Shown here piece after piece: positions 14,001 through 25,488 of a DNA stretch of 64,000 nt. How positions within the stretch are numbered: position 1 is the first letter of the stretch; every line of letters starts with the position of its first letter. Made by a program: the position numbers and the translations under genes. The stretch is taken from assembly GCA_028826165.1 (NCBI GenBank), contig JAPDFW010000056.1, forward strand, positions 248,001-312,000. The letters are read 5' to 3'. The DNA is from Anaeramoeba ignava BMAN (taxonomy: Eukaryota > Protista > Anaeramoebae). The notes under the pieces were generated by a model. That model was not told the origin of the DNA. It made no database searches and saw only the letters and a list, made by a program, of their open reading frames with translations.

Positions 14001-17000
14001 AAATTAAATTTTTATATTTTTAAATATTTAAATTTAAATTTATAAAACTTGAAACAATCAAGCTGATTCAATAATTTTAAAGATTATTGAACAATATAAT
14101 AAAATTTCACGAGGAATTCCAAAACAAAATCATTTTAAATTTGAAATTCGACCTGAAAAAAGAGATACTCGATTAAGAGCTGAAATTTATACTAAATTTG
14201 AAGGTAAAATATAAATATTTAAAATATAAATCTAAATATTTAAAATATAAATATAAATATAAATATTTAAAATATAAATATAAATATAAATATTTAAAAT
14301 ATAAATATAAATTTAAAATATAAATATAAATATAAATATAAATATAAATATAAATTTAAAATATAAATATAAATATAAATATAAATATAAATATAAATAT
14401 TTAAAATACAAATATTTAAAATATAAATATAAATATAAAGAAAATGTAACTCCTGGACACGGTTACATTGATATTTATCGAGCATATTGCTTCCTATACA
14501 AAATCCCACAATCACGAATATTCATTCAATATGTAGAAGCAAATTTAAAAAAAAGAACATCAAGAACATTAAACCTCAGCAATTTCCAAGGAATTGAAGT
14601 TGAAAGCAAGAACCCATTATATATAAATCTGAAGCCAGTTCTTTGCGGATTGAAATACAACACCTGGTTTCACGAACTTCGACTTGAGAACGTGAACCGA
14701 AAAGAAGCTATTGGGATGGTAATTGATGTTTTAACTGAAAATCGGGTTCTAACAACAGTAAGCATAAGCGGACTTCCGAACGAAGGACTTGGACAAATAG
14801 GGGGAGTATTTGAAGCAAATGGAAACTCTTCTTTACAGAACTTAGACCTGTCAAAAATAAACATAACGGACAAACTTGCGTGCGTGATCGGCAAGTGTCT
14901 TTCTCACAAAAAAAACGGATTAACGTCTCTGCGGATTTCGCACTGTAATCTTAGCAAAGCAGGTTCAGCAAGTCTTTTTGGAATGTTGAAAGAATCCAGT
15001 GAATTTTGTGGGAAAATAAAACAACTGCATTGCAGCCATAACAATCTCAAAGCAGAAGGCGGCGAAGAGTTTGTTGCTCTGCTTAAAGCTGTCTTGCTCA
15101 ATAATAATCAGCTCACTCATCTTTCTGTTGGATCGACTGGAGTTCCTCTTGAAGGACTGCTGTCACATTTGACAAATTTCTACGATACTCTCACACTCCT
15201 GGATCTTTCTGGGAACGACATCAATCAAGGCGCAGCATCAACTCTTCTCTGCAAGCTTGTGGAGTCGTCGTTCTTGCTCCGCAACTTGGATATGTCTTCT
15301 ACAAGTCTCGGTATAAACCAGCTCGAACGCGTTCTCCATTCGCTCTGTAAAAATAAAAATATAGAAAAACTTGAGCTGAATTTGAGCACGAACGGGCTTG
15401 GTGTTCGCGGCGCAGAGATCATTTCCACTATGCTTTTCCACGCAAAACAGCTTGAGTCTCTTGTGTTGAATGAAAACGAACTTAAGGATGATGGAATGTC
15501 TCTTATTGTCGCCTCAATGATCGGACAACCCACACTCAGAAGGCTCAGTCTCGCGAGAAATATCCGCGCGGGAGAACAATGTCCAAAGACAAAGACCCAA
15601 CTCGAGCTGTTTGCCAAAGGAAATCGCAGTGTTGTCTGGATGGATCTTTCTGGAGATGAGAAAAATTTCGCTTTGGGAGAAAATCTCCACGGATTTCTCA
15701 CAGAATTGGCAAATCAGACCGCGATCCAAACACTCGATCTGCAATGGAATGATCTGCGGGATAATGGTATTCAAGTGCTCTGTGCGGCGCTGAAGAAGAA
15801 CAAGAGCGTGAAGAGTCTGAAATTGGATCACAACAACATTTCTATTTCGGGACTTGAAGCGTTTAATTATGCGCTTTTTGAAAATGACACTCTCTGCGAT
15901 GCACCGTTTCCAGAGGATGATGTGAAGCGGTTTGCGCGGAAGAAAACAGAGGATATGCTGGGGGTTCTTCGCTCATCAATCAGCCAAAAATTGGAGCAGA
16001 ATCGGATCAGGAGATCCGTAAACACAGACTTGCGGAAGAAGAAGAAAATTGATCTTCTGCGGTCATTCAACCGAGATCATCCGAGAATCAAAGACAAAAT
16101 CACATCTTTGGATGGTTTCAGTTTGATCCGAGGGGTTTCGCAATTAGAGGAGGAAGACAATCAAGCACTCCTTGTTGGCGCAATGCATCCAAGAAGCCGC
16201 CATTTGAGTATTAAAGACGGAAGAACACGATCCTCCAGCACAAGAAAAAACATGCTTTCGGGACGTGAAGTTCCAAGTCTCGGAAGACGTATTTCAACGA
16301 ATCAACCTCTTGCATTTACACCGCCGCCCAGATTGCATTCGCAGACAATCCAAAGACGATATTCTCATCATTCAAGCAAAACAAGAGTCAGAGAGCCTTC
16401 TCTTAGAGAGCCAAGTTTGTTCAGTATGGAGCTCGCTGGAATCGCTGCTCAGGCACAGAACCAACTCAAACAAGATTCCGAGAAAAGAATGATGCAGACC
16501 CAAGTGGAGGATATTGATCTCGGTGATATGGAAGACATGTCTGATGCTGCAAAATCAGCGCTTTCTGTTCGCGGAACTGCTGCTATTTCTCGTCTTCTCA
16601 AAACAAAGAAACTCGATCTCTCGCGTATTCGCGATAAGGACTCATTCAGTACAGCTCTTCATTACGTCTGCGATCTGGGCGATCCAGAGCTGCTTTCCTT
16701 TGTTCTTTCGCAAGAAAACTGTCCCAGATTGATCAACGCTCGAGACAATATCGGTTACACACCTCTCCACAGACTCATGCGCACAGGACTCTCCACAGAT
16801 TGCATCACCCTGTTGGTTGATTACGGCGCAAACATAGAAGCAAGAGATAAAAGTGGCTGGAGTCCTTTGCAGGTTTGCGTCGCTTTCTACGAACGACCTC
16901 TTGAAAATTCAAATGAAAACATTTTCATCTCAAAAGAAAAAGATCCTGTTATGGAAAAAAAATATCAGATAGAAAGATCCCCTTTAGATGAAAAAAACAC

Positions 17001-18672
17001 ACCCCTTAAAAATGTTTTCCGGCAACCAACAGATACCCCTTCCCGGCAACGGATGCTTGCGCTCCAAACACTTCTCCAAAAAGGCGCAAACCCTAATGCA
17101 CAGGATCTCAAAGCCTGGACTCCTCTGCATCGTGCAGCGTTAAAGGGATTTTCTTCCGCAATTTCCATTCTTCTTGGATTCGGTGCAGACACAGACTCTG
17201 CAGACTCAAACGATTCCACACCTCTGCACAAATGCGCGCGCAATGGACATGCCGATTGTGTCAAGATCCTACTTGATCACGGCGCAATGGCGAATCTGAA
17301 AGACAACAACGGACAAACTCCTCTTGATCTCGCGTTGATTTACAATCAGGAGTTGTGTGTCGAGCTTCTGCGCGGAGTTACAGACACAGGAACAACTGGG
17401 GAGACAGAAATCGAGCAGGAACTCTCGTCTGAGACGTCTTCGCGGTTGAGCGAGACAGAAACAACAAACCAGACAGACTCACTTTCCTCTCTCATCAATC
17501 CAACAAGTATCCGCATTGAGGTTCTCGACAGAATCCCTGATTTTGATGGCAAATTCTTCGCGCCCACATTTTCCCCCTCGCGCATCTTCAACATATGCAT
17601 TGTCGGAACACAAGGAAGCGGCAAAACAACACTTGCTCGGCGGTTCATGACAGGAGTCTTCCCGGAATCTGCGCCAAGTCCGTTCGAGATTGAGGCCAAA
17701 CACCGCAAAATCGTGCTGATAAATTCCATCGAAATGATTCTCAATATTGTCGATGTTTCAGGAGCAGAAATATATCTTCCCTTCCTCAAGAAATTCATAC
17801 ATGCCTCCGACGGGTTTATTCTCGCTTGCTCTTCTGCAGATGATCCAAAAACAACCGCTCTTCTTGAATCCGAATTTCTGCCTATGATCCAAAATGAAAA
17901 AACAGGAGTTGAACGTGTTCCTGTTGTCATAGCAACTTTGAAGAGTGATTTAACTGACGAAGATTCGCGCGAAAAGACATTCAATTCTCCACAAGAAAAT
18001 GCGCGCGCTCTTGCAGAAAAGCATCACTATCCCTACTTCGATGTCTCCTCAAAAAACAACAAAAACGTTCCCAACGTCTTCATCTCAATTGCACAAGAAA
18101 TGTACCGAATATACAATCGTGCCGCCGCAATTGAAAAAGAAGAGCGCAAACGCGTAAATCAACGAGAAAAAGATCTTCCGTTGATCCAAAAACGTCGCGA
18201 AGAACGGATCGAAAAAAGAAAACAAAACAATCCCGAAATCACCCTCAATTCTCAGTCTCAGAAACCCCAAACACCCGACAACTCTGATCTTCTTGAAAAC
18301 CGATTTCCATTCACTAAAATTATCACCCATTCAGATCTTGTTGTTGAATTTGAAAATTTTCTTCGCCATCAATTTGCAGATGAAAATTTGCTTTTTTATT
18401 ATTCCGTTCAAAAATGGAAATCTATTCCTCAAGAAGAATCAGGTCTTCTTTCTCTTGCTGCAAAGAAGATTCTTGAGGAGTTCATTTCCACTAATTCTTA
18501 TGTTACTATTAATATTAGTGGAAAATGTCGTGATTCAATTGAAAAAAAAATTCGCGCACTGAATTTTAATAGAGATTTGTTTGATGAAGCTGTTGAACAA
18601 GTTTTGGTGTTGTTGAAAAATAATTATTATTTCGCTTTTTTGGAAGTTATGAAAACACAGAATGATTTTTGA
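11077..18672 (+). CDS. Multidomain protein: CARMIL-type PH + LRR, ankyrin repeats, Ras-like GTPase domain and C-terminal RGS domain. Exons ~11077-11101, 11162-11379, ~14045-14203, 14441-18672
   Basis: CARMIL-like LRR N-cap (PGHGYIDIYRAYC...LKPVLCGLKYNTWFHEL) and RI-like LRRs; ankyrin TPLH repeats (~16630-17370); P-loop GTQGSGKT, DVSG and SSK (~17580-18115); RGS signature FENFLRHQFADENLLFY...INIS...LFDEA (~18300-18650). Confidence 0.85.
11385..13260. repeat. (TTTATAATTTTA)n array, intronic
   Basis: Direct inspection; essentially A/T only over ~1.9 kb. Confidence 0.9.
13445..14435. repeat. (AAATAT)n arrays flanking the exon at ~14045-14203
   Basis: Direct inspection. Confidence 0.8.
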
Positions 18673-18884
18673 TTTTTTTGATTTTTTGATTTTCTTTTTT
18701 TTTTGATTTTTTTTTTTTTTGATTTTTGATTTTCTTTTGAGGAAATAAAATGAGTCTATTATTATTTTTAAATCAAACCTTAAAACAAAAGTTTTTTTTT
18801 TTTGATTTTTATTTAGATTTTTATTTTTAAAAAAAAAATTTTTTTATTCTTTTGGAAAAAATTTTTCTGATTATTTTTCATTTT

Positions 18885-19045
18885 TTTCCAATCTTTTCAA
18901 TTTTAAAATTATTTAATCTTTTCAATTTTAAAATTATTTAATTTTTCCAATTTAAAATTATTTAATTTTTCAAATTTAAAACTTATTTAATTTTTCAATT
19001 TAAACTTAATTGATTTTTCCAATTTAAAAACTTATTTTATTTTTC
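18885..19045. repeat. Short tandem repeat of ~25 bp (TTTTCAATTTTAAAATTATTTAAT-like), about 6 copies, upstream of the ANK-BTB start codon
   Basis: Direct inspection. Confidence 0.7.
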
Positions 19046-19048
19046 AAA

Positions 19049-21137
19049 ATGAAATCCCTCGTTGATCTTGAAAGAATCCCCGAAAACTTCTCTTCAGAAC
19101 AATCACTGAAATTACAACAGCAAGCAAAAAAAGGGAAGAACGGGAACGTACTTCATTTATATGCGTATCGACAGAACAAAACGAAGCTAAAAAGAATGCT
19201 TTCTGAGCAAAAATACGAAATCAACAAAAAGGACAAAATGGGGAACACTCCTCTGCATATAGCTTGTTTCACAGGAGGACCCAAAATATTCAAAGCGCTA
19301 TTAAAACATGGCGCTGACATACAAGCGACAAACAAGAACAAAGAGACGCCATTGGATCTTGCGATGCTTTCGAACTACGACAAAATCAAAAAGAAACTAG
19401 TTGAAATTAACGCGCCACATAATACGGACATTTCTAAACTTCAGATGCACATCATTCGCGGGGAAAATTCACAGGCGTTAGAAATGATCAACGATCCAAA
19501 ACATAGAGGGTTAATTACACGAGCTGACAAACTGGGAAATCTGCCAATCCACGAAGCAGCTTGCTATGGAATGAAGGATTGTTTGCTTGCATTGTTGCAG
19601 CATAATTCGCCCGTTGACCCGATCAACATCGACAAAAGAACCCCCTTTTATCTGAGCTGTTTGAACAGTCAGCTCGAGTGCGCAAAGCTGCTTGCGGATC
19701 ACGGTGCGGATCTGCAGAAGCGAAATATCTACGGCACACAAGCAATCCACACAGCCGTTAGTAAACAGTGTAAAGACGATAACATCCTTGCGTTTCTACT
19801 CCAGAAAAACGTCGATCCAGATTCCCGCGATGGAGAAGGAATGACCCCCTTGCACTTGGCAACAAACCCAGAAAGAGTCAAAATGCTTCTCCATTTTCAC
19901 GCGGATTTCAACACTTTGGATTCTTTTGAATTTTTGCCAGTTCAATATATGGCCCGAAAAGGTGCGTTTTTTTCCCTGCAAGTTCTTGTTGAGCACGGCG
20001 CGCAGATCATCTCAGGCGAAATGGGGTTTCCACCAGCACATCTTGCAGCGCGGAAGGGACACCACAAGTGTCTTGATTATATCCTCCAAATCGCGAAAAA
20101 AAGGGATCAAATGTTTGATGTTTGCGATGGTTGGTTTTTCGAAAATTCACTTATTGCAATGACAGTTATAAACAACCATCCGAAGTGTCTTCGGGTTGTT
20201 CTAGGACACAGTGATCCGGGGATAGTTAGCGCGCCCGAAGCGAAGAAAACGAACTTCATCTATCTTGCAATGAAGCACAACCGAGCGGAATGTGCGAATA
20301 TTCTTATTGAGTCTGGATATCCGAAGCCGCCGCTTTCCAAGAAGGAGATCAACAAACTCTCTGCCGAGTTCCGCTATCTTCTCCTCGGAGACTTCTCCTT
20401 CTCAAAAGACTTCGAATGGCTTTTTACAAGCGGTTCGTTTTTTTCCGATCTTTCTGTCGTTGTTAACGATCAAACAGGAATTCTATCTCCACTCCTTCGT
20501 TCTCCACGCAAGACTAGGAAAGCCCGCAATCCCCACTCTTCTTCAACTCTGCAAAGACGCTCATCCCCGCGTTGTGTTCCATCTCCTATTCTTCATATAC
20601 ACAGGCGTTCTTTCGCAATCCAAAATTTCCCGCAAAAAAATCAAAAAGCTCAAGCTTATCGCCCATAAGCTTTCCTTCTCCCGCTTGATCATGGCAATCA
20701 AAAACAACACGTTCTTTGATGTCGACAATCTCCGCCAAAGCTTTCTCCGTCTCTTACAGGATCCTAACGACTCCACAAAGAACTTTTCTATTACTGTCGA
20801 AAAAAAGTCTCTCAAAAAAACTATCCGTGTTCATCGCTGCGTCCTCGCTGCTAGGAGCCAGTTGTACAGAGGTATGCTCATCAATGTTAACGACCCTTCT
20901 AACACTGCTCCTGATCTTAGCGGCAGATCCTTCGATGCTGTTTTCCAACTTGTTCATTTTTTGTATTCTGATACACTTTCTACAAAAAGTAAATCTGTTG
21001 CAAAAGAACTTTTTGATGCTCATATGTATTATGGACTCACTAGCGATACTGCTGTTCTTAATGAGTCGTATCGTGTTTGTGGCAAGAAGCTTATTTATTC
21101 AACTAAAAATTTGGAATTAAGAGAGAAGGATGATTGA
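19049..21137 (+). CDS. Ankyrin-repeat + tandem BTB/POZ protein (putative Cullin3 adaptor), with a +1 frameshift near 20470
   Basis: Many ankyrin repeats in ORF 19049-20668. BTB1 starts FFSDLSVVVND in that frame and continues EFYLHSFVLHAR...LLFFIYTG in ORF 20292-21137. BTB2 reads IRVHRCVLAARSQLYRGM...VHFLYSD. Confidence 0.85.
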
Positions 21138-21189
21138 TTTTACAATTTACAAATTATGTGGAATATCTTTTCAATAACACAAGTAATAT

Positions 21190-22280
21190 TAATAACAGCA
21201 CATTTAATTTAATTTAAATATAAATATTAATATTATTTAATTTATAAATACATATAAATATTGATTTAATTTAATAAAATTTATAATTAAATTATTTTTA
21301 TTAAATTATTTGATTTATAAATACATATAAATATTAATTTAATAATATATTTCATTTATTTATTTAATTTAAAAGATTTATTTAATTTAATTTAAAATTA
21401 TTTTAATTATAAATTATAATTAAATTTTAATTAAATTATTTTATTAAATTATTTCATTTATAAGTATATATAAATATTAATTTAATAATAGATTTCATGT
21501 ATTTATTTAATTTAAAAGATATATTTAATTTAATTTAAAATTATTTTAATTATAAATTATAATTAAATTATAAATAAAATTATTTTTATTAAATTATTTC
21601 ATTAATAAATACATATAAATATTAATTTAATAATATATTTCATGTATTTATTTAATTTAAAAGATTTATTTAATTTAATTTAAAATTATTTTAATTATAA
21701 ATTATAATAAAATTATAATTAAATTTTATTTTTTTATATTATTTCATTAATAAATACATATGAATATTAATTTAATAATATATTTCATTTATTTATTTAA
21801 TTTAAAAGATTTATTTAATTTAATTTAAAATTATTTTTAATTATAAATTATAATTAAATTATAATTAAATTATTTTATTAAATTATTTTATTAATAATTT
21901 AATATAAAATATTAATTTAATAATATATTTAATTATTTTATTTATTTAATTTAAAAGATATTTATTTAATTTAATTTAAAATTATTTCAATTATAAATTA
22001 TAATTAAATTATAAATAAAATTATTTTTATTAAATTATTTCATTAATAAGTATATATAAATATTAATTTAATAATATATTTCATGTATTTATTTAATTTA
22101 AAAGATTTATTTAATTTAATTTAAAATTATTTTAATTATAAATTATAATTAAATTATAATTAAATTATTTTATTAAATTATTTCATTAATAAATACATAT
22201 GGATATTAATTTAATAATATATTTCATTTATTTATTTAATTTAAAAGATTTATTTAATTTAATTTAAAATTATTTCCGTT
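21190..22280. repeat. AT-rich minisatellite, ~145-bp unit, about 7 copies
   Basis: The landmark TTTAAAAGAT recurs at about 21370, 21513, 21658, 21803, 21952, 22100 and 22243. Confidence 0.85.
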
Positions 22281-22483
22281 ATAAATAATAAAAAAATTTT
22301 AATTAAAATTTATTTTTTTATATGAGTCATTTTTTAAAAAAATTTAATAATTTTTTAACTTTTTTTTCCTTTTTAATTTTTTTAATTTTCATTTTTTTCA
22401 TTTTTTTTTAACTTTTTTTTCCTTTTTAATTTTTTTAATTTTCATTTTTTTCATTTTTATTTTTTTTAGATTTCAATTTAAAT

Positions 22484-24675
22484 ATGACCGAATTCCACCA
22501 AAAATTGAAAGATAAATATATACGTAAACAAATTTTAAAACAAAAACAAGAAGAAAAGCAACAATTTGAAGAAATAATTGCGAAAGTAATTGAAGGAAAT
22601 CAACATGGAATTGATAAAAAATTTTTTGAAACATTAGATCAATATAAACTTGAACAAAAAATTTTTGAACTCACAGAAAAGCTCAAAGAACTTAAAACAA
22701 AGAAACATGATTTATTTGAATTAATGAGAGCAATTCTTTCATCTGAGCCTTCGGAAACTAAGTAAATTTTATTTCTTAAATTTAAAATTATAATTAAATT
22801 GAAATTTATATTAAAATTAAAATTAAAATTAAAATCAAAATTAAAATCAAAATCAAAATTAAAATTAAAATTAAAATTAAAATTAAAATTAAAATTAAAA
22901 TTAAAATTAAAATTAAAATTAAAATTTAAAATTAAAATTAAAATTCAAAATTAAAATTAAAATTCATTTAAAATTAAAATTAAAATTAAAATTAAAATTA
23001 AAATTAAAATTAAAATTAAAAAATCAAAATAAAATCAAAAAATTAAAATTAAAATTAAAATTAAAATAATTAAAATTAAAATTAAAATTAAAATTAAAAT
23101 TAAAATTAAAATTAAAATTAAAATTTATATTTAAATTCATTTCAAAAATTAAAAATTAAAATTAAAATTAAAATTAAAATTAAAATTAAAATTAAAATTA
23201 AAATTAAAATTAAAATTAAAATTAAAATTAAAATTAAAATTAAAAATTAAAATTAAAATTAAAATCAAAATTAAAATTTAAATTAAAATCAAAATTAAAA
23301 TTCATTTATAAAATTATATTTAAATTTATTTCAAAAATTAAAAATTAGCCTCGAAAATACAGAAAAAAAATCTACTACACAAAAAGATATGAAAGAAAAA
23401 CTCCCAGAAATTTACGGACAAATAACACCAACACAAGGACATCAAACAGGATTACTATTTCACACAACTGCACTAGTTCAACTACAACAACAAGCACCAG
23501 TGGGATATCACACAGTTTTAACAGAGACAGGAAAAGGGGGTATAATCCAACAGCATCCAACAACAGTCGAATACAAAGAGAGCGGGGGAATAATTGAGGA
23601 TCCAGCACGAGGGATATACATACAAACAAACAGCGGTGGGATCGATAGCAAAGTCATGGGACGGCCACAGGCTCAAGACAGATACCAACACTACTCCGTA
23701 AAAGCATACCCAAAAATTACAAAGAAGCCAAAATATCCCTCGCCAAATTTTACAAAAGCACCATCACATCCTCTCCAAAACTCACTTAGACGTTATCCAT
23801 CCCCGCGCGAGTCTTCACGATATTTGTCAACCTCAAATTCACCTCCACCAACTGGACAAACAATTAAATATTCAACCCAATCAATAGGCATCAACCCACA
23901 TCCTTCAAAAGTCTACTTGTCCCCACACGAACAATCACAAAACATACAAAACACATCTATAGAAAATAGTAACACAAACACTCCCCCAAATTTAACGACA
24001 AATCCCCCCAAAAATTCAATTAATTTTGAATCAAGAAAATCTCGGTTTGTTCTCGATCGACTGCAGTCTGTCTCACAGCGCTCGCCGATATCAGGAAGAG
24101 CACCACCTCGCTACACAACGAACGATCACGGAGCAGATATGGTCTCATCACCAAATGCAAAGCCGCCGACACTTGTTGAAACGGGACATCTTAGAGCAAA
24201 TACAAATCCAAATGCAAATTCTCATAAACCACCGATCATCCCACCAACATCTCTCGCAACACAAATGCGCCCGCCACAAAAGCCCTACTCAATATCACAT
24301 CACATCCTTCCTCCGCGATCTTCAAATGACCCAGATAGTCCTTATGATCCTCAACAACACGGCCAAGGCTTTCCTTATCAATCCAACTCTCCCCTTGATC
24401 GATCTTCTTATTCATCTCCTAAGCAAACTGGAGACACCCCAAACTTTAAAACATCGTCGCTTCATGACCATCCTCAAGAGTTCTCACAAAAAGACGACTT
24501 CAGAAAAACCTTTTATAGTCCTAATCCCCAAATGCATCCCTCAAGAAACCCTCATGATCCTCCAAATTCCCTTAATAATTCTTCTCAAATGTCTTCAAAA
24601 TTTTCTTCAAGAGAAAAAAAACGTCAACAATCTATTTATTTGGATCATCCTGATATTAAAAGAGCAAATAAATGA
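22484..24675 (+). CDS. GPS2-like protein: N-terminal coiled coil plus long Pro/Ser/Gln-rich disordered tail; exons 22484-22761 and 23349-24675
   Basis: A phase-2 GT-AG intron joins the two ORFs in frame. EQKIFELTEKLKELKTKKHDLFELMRAIL resembles the GPS2 coiled coil (EQILKLEEKLLALQEEKHQLFLQLKKVL, recalled). Confidence 0.6.
22800..23340. repeat. (TTAAAA)n intronic array
   Basis: Direct inspection. Confidence 0.9.
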
Positions 24676-24920
24676 TATTAAAAATTTCATTCTAAAAAAA
24701 AAAACGAAAGAAATCAAACAAAATTCCAGAAACTAAATTTTCAAAAATGTTGCTTTTATTCTCTTGTTTTTCCTTTTTTCTTTTTATGTGAAAAATTCAC
24801 ATTTTTTTTTTCACTTTTTTTTTGTATTGAAAAAATTACAAAAAAATTACAAATTTATATTTAAATTATTTTTTATTTTTAAAATCAAAATCAAAATCAA
24901 AATCAAAATCAAAAAATTTT

Positions 24921-25400
24921 TTAATCATTTAATTTAAAATATTTTTCTAATCCAATTGTTTTAAAAGCATCTCTAAAGTTTTTACTAATTTTAAAGCACA
25001 ATTCATTAAAATTTTCAACTCTTAAACGAATATTTTTTTCACCATCAAAATCATCATCTTCTAAAAGATGAATATTATTATTTGAATCTTTCCAGTTTGT
25101 TTCATATTCTTTATTCAATTCATCTTCTTCTAATTCCATTGAAGTCAAAAGTGAAGAATCAAGAAATTTTGGTGTATTTGCAATTGTAACATCATTTTCT
25201 TCTGGTCTTTTAAAAGGAATAACAAGAACATTTTCTATTTTTTCTAATTCCTCAATTAAGAATTGATGTTGTAAAGAAATTACTTTCATATAATCATAGA
25301 ATTTTTGAAATGAAAGATTTGGTTCTTTCTCAATATTTTCTAAACTCTCAATTAATGTTGATATTTTTTGTTTTAATTGCAAAAGGAAAGATTCATCCAT
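24921..25400 (-). CDS. MED8: Mediator subunit MED8-like protein (159 aa, starts MDESF)
   Basis: Helical N-terminus, FQKFYDYMKVISLQ, NVLVIP and PKFLDSSLLTSMELEE fit the MED8 pattern (Wxxxlxxf...vvxP...PxxLxSKLLPEME). The ORF-track start at 25550 overlaps the Vps34 last exon and is unlikely. Confidence 0.6.
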   Translation of the reverse strand: MDESFLLQLKQKISTLIESLENIEKEPNLSFQKFYDYMKVISLQHQFLIEELEKIENVLVIPFKRPEENDVTIANTPKFLDSSLLTSMELEEDELNKEYETNWKDSNNNIHLLEDDDFDGEKNIRLRVENFNELCFKISKNFRDAFKTIGLEKYFKLND

Positions 25401-25488
25401 TTTTGTTTTTAAATTGAAAAAGAAAAATGAAAAAAATGAAAAAAAAAAAAACTTTATTTTCTTTTTCTTCTTTTTATTCTTTTTTTTT

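Noticed and set aside
14650-18672. Roco/LRRK or NLR-type protein
   Set aside because: There is no COR, kinase or NACHT domain; the GTPase is followed by a coiled coil and an RGS domain.
20456-20477. A 16-22-nt GT...CAG mini-intron that would restore the ANK-BTB frame
   Set aside because: It works arithmetically but would delete part of the first BTB strand or turn, and it is far shorter than any other intron in the window.
21190-22280. CRISPR-like array
   Set aside because: The whole unit repeats with no unique spacers, there are no cas genes, and the context is eukaryotic.
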